From Wallemia ichthyophaga EXF-994 (Eukaryota; Fungi; Basidiomycota), in the NCBI RefSeq assembly GCF_000400465.1, contig NW_008806286.1, positions 143,865 through 175,864 on the forward strand: a stretch of 32,000 nt of DNA. Reading direction: 5' to 3'. The first letter of the stretch is position 1. Every line of letters begins with the position of its first letter. Both the position numbers and the translations under genes were made by a program. Shown piece after piece: positions 21,283-29,801 of the stretch. The notes beneath the pieces are model-generated. The model was not told the DNA's origin, did no database searches, and saw nothing but the letters and a program-made list of their open reading frames with translations.

Positions 21283-23325
21283 ATGGATCCAATTAAGCAG
21301 GAATTGCTGAAATCTGGGAAAATCGACACAGTAAATTTGTGTACAGTGTTTTAATTAGATTAAGTCTAAGCAGCCACCTCAGTCTCGTATTCAGCACGTA
21401 CCGGAGCAGAGACTGAGCCACTTCAACTCAGGCTCAAATTACAAGTCAGCAAGGGATAAGCAGAAGGAGGCAGACGAGCAACGAAGACTTGAAGAGGATA
21501 CACAGACGCAGATGGCGTACAAAGAGTATTTGGACGCCTTTGATGACGTCAGGCAGTCTTCTTTTGTTAAATCTGGAAATGGCAGAGAATGTGGGTGTGG
21601 GGATTCTGTGTGATTGTGGCTTACGTTTCGGCAAGCTTATTCTCACCAACCCAAATCACACCCAGTTGAACTCAATTCTCAGGGGAAAATTAAAGGCAAG
21701 ACGCAAATGGACAGCTTTTTACAGGAGTTGAAGAGAGAACAGACTGGAAGAGGCAGCAGAAGTGATCCTGACTTTCATAGCGATGCAGATCCTCACTCTA
21801 CCAACCTCTACGTCGCTAACCTTCCAACTTGGATCGATGAACGAATTTTTGGTGAATACTTTGCTCAATTTGGTGCTATAGCTTCTGTGTGTGGCTTATG
21901 AAATTGGAAATACACCCCTGATTACCCAATCCAGGTCAAAATACTTTGGCCGCGACCAGAAGATCAGCATAAGCTGAAGCAACCTGGATACGCGGGATTT
22001 ATTAGCTTCATGACACGCCATGATGCTGAAACAGCTTTGAAACAGCTAGATGGCTCAGATTGGCAGGGTCATATGTTAAAAGTGGGTTTTGCATTGTTTG
22101 TACGTAGATCAAACCTCAAACTACAGATCAGGTTGATTGGGGAAAACGCGTGAGAATACCTTCAAGACCACTATACGAGAGTACTGCCAAACGTCCCGCT
22201 CCATCACGATCAAGATCGCCAAGCAGCTTCGATCAGCGTGAAAGTAAGCGCAGTCGTGTTGAAGAAGAGGCGCCTGGTGTTGACGGAAAGACTCTCAATT
22301 TCTTGCTTAGCGTTGTGTCATATGCCAAGTCACACGACAAAGGACCTTCAGCCTGCTTGGAAGAGCTGAAATGGCTCAGTGAAGAGTATGCTTTCTTGAA
22401 TAACGACAACGTAGGTTGTGTGTCATTAATTGATAACTTTAACACTTAATTTAAGGATACAAAATCCAGATTCGTGCTCAACCAACTAGATAACGATATA
22501 CCATTCGACGATAGCAAGCCAACTGCTGATTCGGAAAACGATCTCAGCGAACAAGAGCAAAGTGAGCATGAATCAATACAGAAACAGAAGCAAAATATTC
22601 TAGGTGGAGTCGCCAAGAAGAAATTGGAAAGAATGCTACGCCAAATCACACCGAAGCGCTCGTCTATAGGTAAGGTGATGGCATTTGCAATAGACCATTC
22701 AGAAGCCTACGAGGGTGTAGTGGGTGTAGTCATCAAGTCGCTCCTCAACGTGTCTACACCTGTTCCACGAAAGATTGCACGACTACATCTAGTTTCTGAC
22801 ATACTCGCCAATAGTGCGGTTAGCATTTCCGGTGCTTGGAAGTATAGGGATGAGATACAGCGGCAATTGCCCAAGGTATTCGATCATCTGGGACTCGTTA
22901 GATCCACCTTCCCAAGCAAATTGAGTCAGAATTTCTTCAAGGAGCGCATTGAAGTTGTTTTAACAGTGTGGGCCGAATTATTTATCTTCCCGCAGAATAT
23001 CCTCGATGATTATCTGATCAGATTGGAGGGAGTGGGCAGAAAACGTTTGGAATTGGATCGTAGCAGCACGCTAGTCAGTCGCAGCCAGAATCACAGCGAT
23101 AGCGCATCTAGCCATCCAATTACACCAGTCGTGGAGGAAGTGGAGAAACCAACTGGATTTAAGCCATTTATACAAGGAGCGGAGGAAGTAGAAGAGGATA
23201 TCGACGGTGCACCAATCGACGATATCGATGGTGAGCCTATGGAGGGAGATGGAGAGGACATTGACGGGGAGCCAATGGAGGACATTAATATTGACGGGCA
23301 ATCATTGCACACATATCAAGAATAA
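21283..23325 (+). CDS. U2SURP: U2 snRNP-associated SURP-motif protein (SR140/U2SURP homolog); introns 21331-21373, 21591-21665, 21887-21934, 22082-22131, 22411-22455
   Basis: AYKEYLDAFD...FVK, MDSFLQELKREQ, RRM (STNLYVANLP...FG.IASVKILWPR...GF.SF..R.DAE...DWGK), CID (KIARLHLVSDILANS...AWKYR), and C-terminal DIDG.P repeats. Confidence 0.88.
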
Positions 23326-23441
23326 CTAAATTGAATCATTTCCTTGTTTATAATACATTAACTTTCCATCTGCAATATCGTCAGCTCATGTTTCGTGTCT
23401 TGACCAAACCAAAATCCCAAAGAGCACTTGTACTTGTATTA

Positions 23442-23521
23442 TCAGAAAGCGATTGAATACATCGTTTTCCTCAAGAAAGATTAAGACTTAGCATGGAATA
23501 TAAATGTATGTGTATCATCAT
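23442..23521 (-). ncRNA. SNR53: Box C/D snoRNA, snR53-like (guide for 18S Am796, yeast numbering)
   Basis: ATGATGA (23521-23515) to CTGA (23445-23442), 80 nt. The 13-nt guide TATTCCATGCTAA (23500-23488) is complementary to conserved 18S UUAGCAUGGAAUA. With D' = CTTA, the -5 rule hits the A of UUAGC. C'-like ACGATGT; 3' end CGCTTTCTGA as I recall for yeast snR53. Confidence 0.87.
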
Positions 23522-23642
23522 ATCAAAAAATTTGTGCTCTTTTTTGCGACTTGGTGAGGCGTAAAACTCACAATCTGGATAATTGTTAGTAAATATATTA
23601 TATGCCACAAGAGCAAGGCCATTTAACAGCTTTTGATTCATT

Positions 23643-23720
23643 TCAGAAGTGCTGAGTTTGGAAGTGCGTGGTCAATCAGTCATCTATAGATCAGACTGGG
23701 GCGACAACAATGATCATCAT
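23643..23720 (-). ncRNA. SNR67: Box C/D snoRNA, snR67/SNORD31-like (guide for the LSU P-loop Gm2619 yeast = Gm2251 E. coli)
   Basis: ATGATGA (23720-23714), D' CTGA (23694-23691), C'-like TAGATGA, D CTGA (23646-23643), 78 nt, flanking ATTCA/TGAAT stem. Guide GTCGCCCCAGT pairs with LSU RCUGGGGCGGC; the -5 rule selects the second G of CUGGGGC. Confidence 0.9.
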
Positions 23721-23809
23721 TGAATTTGTATTGTGTACGATTGGCCTTACTCTTTTACCAAATTTACTCACTTTTGATTTCAATGTGAGGAAGAAGAAGA
23801 TTTACTATG

Positions 23810-23817
23810 CGTGACTG
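23810..23817 (-). promoter_or_regulatory. Homol-D-like box (CAGTCACG) upstream of the snoRNA host gene
   Basis: 7/8 match to CAGTCACA, about 40 nt upstream of the first donor and followed by a pyrimidine-rich tract (TCTTCTTCTTCCTC). Function is inferred. Confidence 0.4.
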
Positions 23818-23903
23818 ATATACACATCTGTTAACGCACATTAACGACACTTTAACGTGAAGTTTTTCACTCTTATACAAGTACACGTATTGTTACACAA
23901 GCT

Positions 23904-24913
23904 TTAGTGGTATTCGATGGTGTTGTATACTTTGCTAGCTCTGTAGCCTGTGGAGGGTGTGAGCAATCTCGGTATCACACAATCACCGAGAACGACCATC
24001 ACCCACCAAATGCTTTAACTCTGCTAGCATCGAATCTAGATCCATGTGAGTTGAGAAATCTTATCGCGAGATACCTTGTCGCCCTTCCTGGCTCTAAATC
24101 GATAGTCAGTTTTTGTGGTGGTGCGAATGCAACGGATTCAATGGGTTGAGCGTAGCTATTAAAGTATGCACATGGTGTTAGGTTAGTGGGGAATGGTAAA
24201 TCTGGAGGAGAAGGAGATTGAGGTGGAGAAATAAATTGATCCCTTTTTACTCTCTTTTGAGGTCTTGGTGAGGTGGAAGGGTCTTCTAAAAGTCTGGTAT
24301 GAGATTGACGTGGTGAAGAATGATAGTTTATTGGAGCGAATGAAGAAGAATGTGGTGGTGGTGTGGATGAAAATTTTTGATCAATACCCGGACCTAAAGG
24401 TTGCTTGAGTTGAGAACTATATCGTTCTAATAGGGGTAAAGATTGGCTGTGATAGACTGATAAATCGTCCAAAGAAATGTGATCTAAACTTGCGAAAATC
24501 AAGCCATCAGATTTATACGGAACGACTAATTCAAGTTTAGTGAGTAAGAAGCTGTCAGGAGGCTTATTATCGTTTAAAGTCATGATTATTGAATTTGGAG
24601 GATCAACGTCAAAGCGTATACGTATGTCTGGGAACAAAGGACCTTCACCATCGATAAAAACGCCTTGATTGTTATCAAGTACGTGTAAAGGAAGCTTTTC
24701 AATGTCTTGATGATTATCATTATAATCGTTATTATCATTATTTATCCTTCTCATTTGCCTAATTGATCTTCTCCTTTGTACAGCAGCTTCACCAGTTGCT
24801 AACAAATCTGAAGCAGCGGATCTCCATCCAGGTCCTAAAGGGGCAGAAGGTTGTCCATTTATTGTATCGCTTCTTCTGTATCTTCCTTGTATTGTTGAAA
24901 TGCTGCGTACCAT
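23904..24913 (-). CDS. Hypothetical protein (~317 aa; probable intron 23948-24006)
   Basis: 304-codon ORF from ATG 24913. A GTGGGT...GCTCAC...CAG intron extends it to FGYRASKVYNTIEYH-stop. No family recognised. Confidence 0.7.
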
Positions 24914-25104
24914 CCTCGTCGTTGGTGGGTAAAAGGGGTTTCTAGTCTACTTATAATTTATTTTATTTATTATGATTCAATTTTCATCTATTCACGACCA
25001 CGGTAATTTCAGGAATTTAGTTATCATCGGGTATCCGAAATTCACCGAGGATCCGCTGATAAAGGTCTCTTTCCCGGGTATTCACACTTCAGCAGTAAAC
25101 AACG

Positions 25105-26790
25105 ATGACCGTAGAAATAAAGAGTGAGTTTGAGTACTTCCACATAAGCCATTCTAATAAACAACAGACGACGTTTCCCGTGAGCTAATTTTCATTGAAA
25201 ACAATCAACTTCTCACGCTGCAATTTAGCACAGCACAAGGCAATTCTTAATGAAGGTGCTTTACAATTCCTTACAAAGTTACACCGTACTTTCAACAACA
25301 CTAGAAAGCAACTCCTTGACACACGTAAACAACGTCAAACTAACCTCGATAACGGTAAAATTCATCTTGACTTTTTACCTGAAACAGAGCACATACGTCA
25401 AAATAAAGCTTGGATCTGTGCACCACCTGCGCCTGGTTTAAAGGATCGTAGAGTTGAAATCACTGGTCCAACTGAGCGTAAAATGGTTATAAATGCTTTA
25501 AATTCAGGCTGCAAGACTTTCATGGCTGACTTTGAAGACTCAAATTCACCAACTTGGTTTAACATGATCGATGGCCAACTCAACCTTCATGACGCAATTC
25601 GTAAACAGATTGATTTCACCGATAACAAATCTGGAAAATCTTACAAGTTATCCCCAAATCCTGCTGTGTTGATAGTAAGACCACGCGGATGGCACCTTGA
25701 TGAAACCAGAATTCTAATTGACGGTGAACCTGTCTCAGGTGGTTTGTTCGACTTTGCAATGTACTTTTATCACAACGCTAAGGAGTACATTAATAGAGGT
25801 TACGGCCCTTATTTCTACCTCCCAAAATTGGAATCTCACCTTGAAGCTAGGCTTTGGAATGATATTTTCAACTTTGCTCAAGATAGTATTGATATTCCAA
25901 GAGGTACTATCAGAGCAACTGTCCTCATTGAAACAATCTACGCTGTCTTTGAAATGGATGAGATCTTATACGAATTAAGAAATCACTCTTCCGGCTTGAA
26001 TTGCGGTAGATGGGATTACATATTCTCTTTCATCAAAGCTCAACGCGCCAAAAAATCTTGTGTTTTACCAAACAGATCAGACGTAACAATGACAGTTCCA
26101 TTCATGGATGCTTATGTCAGATTACTCATTCAAACTTGTCATGGTCGTCAAGTTGCTGCAATGGGTGGTATGTCAGCTCAAATTCCAATAAAGAATGATG
26201 AGAAAGCAAATGATGCGGCTATGACTAAGGTTAAGAACGATAAAGCTAGAGAAGTTAATGCTGGTCATGATGGTACTTGGGTTGCACATCCCGCGTTAGT
26301 TAAGATTGCTTTGGATATCTTCAATGATAAGATGGTTGGACCAAATCAATATCACGTACGTCGTGAGGAAGTTAAGGTTAATGGAGGTGATCTATTAAAT
26401 ACTCAAGTACCTGGTGATATTAGTGAAAGTGGAGTACATGAGAATGCATCAGCAGGATTAGCATATTGTTCATCTTGGATTGAAGGCAATGGATGTGTAC
26501 CAATCAATAATCTAATGGAGGATGCTGCAACTGCTGAAATAGCAAGAGTTCAATTATGGTCATGGGTAAAGTACGCAGCCAAGACAAGCTCAGGTAAAGT
26601 GATTAATGCGAGTTACGTTGATCAAGTGCTTAAAGAGGAAGGAAAGAAGGTTAAAGGGGTAAAGGAAAGCAGCATTAACAAGGCAATTGAGTATTTGAAT
26701 GATCAAATCAAGTCAAATTGGCCATCAGACTTCTTAACTTCAGATTTATTAAATATCCTCGAATCTGGACAGAAGAAGGCGTCTCTTTGA
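25105..26790 (+). CDS. MLS1: Malate synthase A (exons 25105-25123, 25168-25179, 25229-26790)
   Basis: [96 protein letters not shown]. Confidence 0.97.
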
Positions 26791-26897
26791 GTTATTTGTT
26801 TGAGACATAGTGTATGTATTGTTAGTTATGATAAGATTATTTGTATTTTCTGATGAAATTTTTGAAATATTCTTGATAACAGACTACCAACGACAAG

Positions 26898-29677
26898 ATG
26901 AAGGGGAAAAAGGATTTCAAGGAGAAGAAAGGAAATAAAAAAACACAGCCAAAGGAAATTACAAAAAAATATAAAAAGGGAGATGAATTGAATGTATTTG
27001 AATTGTCAAATGATAAAGAAGATTCATCTAGACGTTCAAATCTAACAACGAAACTTGATAAGGATGAAGATTATGATCAGCGTGGATTAGATAATGACAG
27101 TGATGATGATAAGCTTAGGGATATAAAAATTGATCATTTAAAGGACACCGTCGTTAACGATAGCGATGATGAAGAAATTGATAGTGATGATGCTTTTGAA
27201 GGCAGTGATGATGAAAAGTACGCAGATTGGCATTTTACTGGCTCAAAACATCCAAATCGGTTGGATGATGGTGTCGATGGTGTCGATGGTGTCGACGAGG
27301 ACGATGAGGATGATGAGGAAATGGTCGATCTTGATACTATGCTTAACGATGATAATCAACTAGATCAAGATATCACAAAAGAAGATGTCGATGATAGCGA
27401 TGTTGAGTTTGAACAAGATGAACAAGGCGATTCAACCAAACTAACGCAACTCGTTGACTCATTAGATCCTTCTTCTAAGAAATCTACCACTAATGACTCT
27501 CCTACTTCCAAAGATGGCTTTGTCGCGGGTAAAAATTCAGAATTTAGAGTACCTACGGATGGTTAGTAATAGTTATATTCAAAATTCATCAACACTAACA
27601 ACTCACAGGTCCAGTTTCTTTGGATTCTCTTCTCGCTCCACTACCAACCAACATCGCTTCAACCATTAATCACCAAGTTAAACCTTTGAAACCTTCAGAA
27701 TCAAAAACTGCAAAGAGAGGCGCCCTCGCTGCTCCTTTAGCAACTTTTTACAAAGAACGTGCTGATCGTCAAGCCGGTCAAAAAGTTGTCAAAGACGATA
27801 TAAAGCAATGGGATGCATCTATGAAAGCTTTAGAGAACTCAAATACCCTTTCCTTTCCTCTACAAGGACCAGGTCAAGGTGGTGTAGTAGATGGTTCACA
27901 CTCAGGTAAAGATTTGGTTAGTGAATTTAAACCAGCCAATCCACTTGAATCATCAGTTGACCATCTCCTCAAATCTAACAACTTGTCCACACAAGTTAAT
28001 CCTTCTGATAGTCTCCCTCAGCAGGAACAATCAAAGTTATCTCAAGAACAAACTAAAGCTAAATTTCAAGCCTTGCGTCAGCAAAGACAACTCATGTACG
28101 AATCTGAGAAGAAAGCTGCAAGGATGAATAAGATCAAGAGCAAAACTTATAGAAGATTAAGGAGAAAGGAGAAGGAAGCTAACAAGCGTAAAGCTGCTGA
28201 AGCTGGTGTGCTTGATTCTGATGAAGAGAGAATGGGTGCGGAGAGAAATCGTGCACTTGAAAGAGCAACTCTCAGACACAAAGGTGGAAACAGCAAATGG
28301 GCGAAAGAGATGAAAGATCGTAGTGATGGTGACAAAGATACTCTCAATGAATTACATAGAATGGAAGAATTAGGTCAGAGAATTAGAGGCGAAAAGTTTG
28401 ACAATGACAATGATGATGATGAAAGTGATGATAGTATTGGTGATAATGACGACGATGACGCTGTTAAGCTCGCTGCACTCAACAAAATGAGATCCTTACA
28501 GCATAATGGTGATAATAGCGTCGAAGACAACTTTAAGGGTATTGCCGGTATGAAGTTCATGAGAGATGCTCAAGCTCGCGAAAACAAAGCTATGGAAGAT
28601 GAAGCTGAAGATTTTGCCAAAGAGATGAGAGGAGAAAAAGAAGAATCTGATGATAAGCTTAATATTGGTGGTAATCCTGGTAGATTCGTCGTTGGACCTG
28701 GAAAGAAAGCAAAGATTAGCGTCGATGACTCAGTGGAAGATAATGAGCCCACGTCTACAACGTCGTCGCACACCTTAGGTCGTGAAAAAGATAGTGATAC
28801 CAACCCAGTATCATTCGATAAGTTTAAAGAACAGTACGAGGATGTAAACAATGTCAGTGATGAAGATGAGAGCAATCCTTGGCTGAAAGGTGACAATGAA
28901 GGCACAAAGAGGGCTAAGAAGAAGAATATTGCAACGCTATCCAAGGACTCAAAGAAAGCTGACAAGAGTCAGGCTGAATTTAAAAAGCGCAAGAGAGCTA
29001 ATCAAGGCGGTAACGATGAAGAGGAGGTAGACATTGATCTTAATGCTACTATAACCAAAGAAGCGAAGAACAACAAAACAAACAAACCAAACAACCCAAA
29101 AAGCACTTCAAAGAAGCAAAAGAAGGGTAAAAAGAATGACAATGCCCAGGATGGGTTTGCATCAGAGTCAGACAGCGATGATGATATGGCTGGTGGTGGT
29201 GTACAAGCGTTCAAGCAGCGTGATTTGGTTGCCGAAGCATTTGCAGCTGATGATGTTGTAAAGGACTTTGAAGAAGAGAAGAAAATGGAAATTGAGGCAG
29301 AAGGACCACAACAAGTGGACACATCGCTTCCTGGATGGGGTAGCTGGTCTGGTAAGGGAGTGAAGAAGAACAAGGCAGCAGAAGAGAAGAAGCGTGCACG
29401 ATTCCTCAAGACAACGGAAGGTGTAGACGCAGATAAGAGAAAGGACGCGAACAAGACGAATGTAATAATAAGCGAGAAGACAGAGAAGAGGCCAATGAAT
29501 AAGTACTCAGTGAAGGATCTACCATATCCATTTACAAGCAGATCACAATACGAGTCAGCCATGTCTAATGCGATTGGACAAGAGTTCAACACGACGAGCG
29601 CACACAAGCGTGAAATAGCGCCAAAGATACAAACGAAGCCTGGACAAGTAATAAACCCAATTGTACGCAGATATTAG
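26898..29677 (+). CDS. UTP14: U3 snoRNP/SSU processome protein Utp14 (intron 27562-27608)
   Basis: Acidic N-terminus, ERADRQAG...W, KAARMNKIKSKTYRR, RALERATLRHK..SKWAK, MKFM, QRDLVAEAFA.DDV..DFEEEK, LPGWGSWSGKG, LPYPFTS..QYE, TKPG.VI.PI. Confidence 0.95.
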
Positions 29678-29801
29678 AAATTTATTTATTTAAATATTGT
29701 GTTTTATGTTGGCACTCATTGGGAGCGAGCGGAGAAGGCGGCATCTTGATTCGCTGCATTCATCAAGTAGAAATAGAAATATAAGATAGAAATAAAATAA
29801 A

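Larger units (their letters stand above)
23330..23800 (-). ncRNA. Spliced non-coding snoRNA host transcript (intron 1 23771-23575, 3-nt exon 23574-23572, intron 2 23571-23370); outer ends approximate
   Basis: Both introns have GTGAGT donors. Branch points TACTAAC (23591-23585) and GCTGAC (23385-23380) lie shortly before CAG acceptors. Each intron is ~200 nt, about four times the local norm, and contains one C/D snoRNA. The only ORF seen around the junctions is ATG GAA AGT TAA. Confidence 0.8.

Noticed and set aside
23643-23720. Initial assignment as snR190/SNORD12, with U14 expected nearby
   Set aside because: The guide targets the P-loop G (yeast Gm2619), which is the snR67 target; the neighbour is snR53-like, and no U14 signature (CATTCGCAG, ACCTTCC..GGATGTCTGA) is present.
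27266-27296. GATGGTGTC x3 tandem repeat
   Set aside because: An in-frame DGV repeat in the acidic disordered N-terminus of Utp14; ordinary coding slippage.
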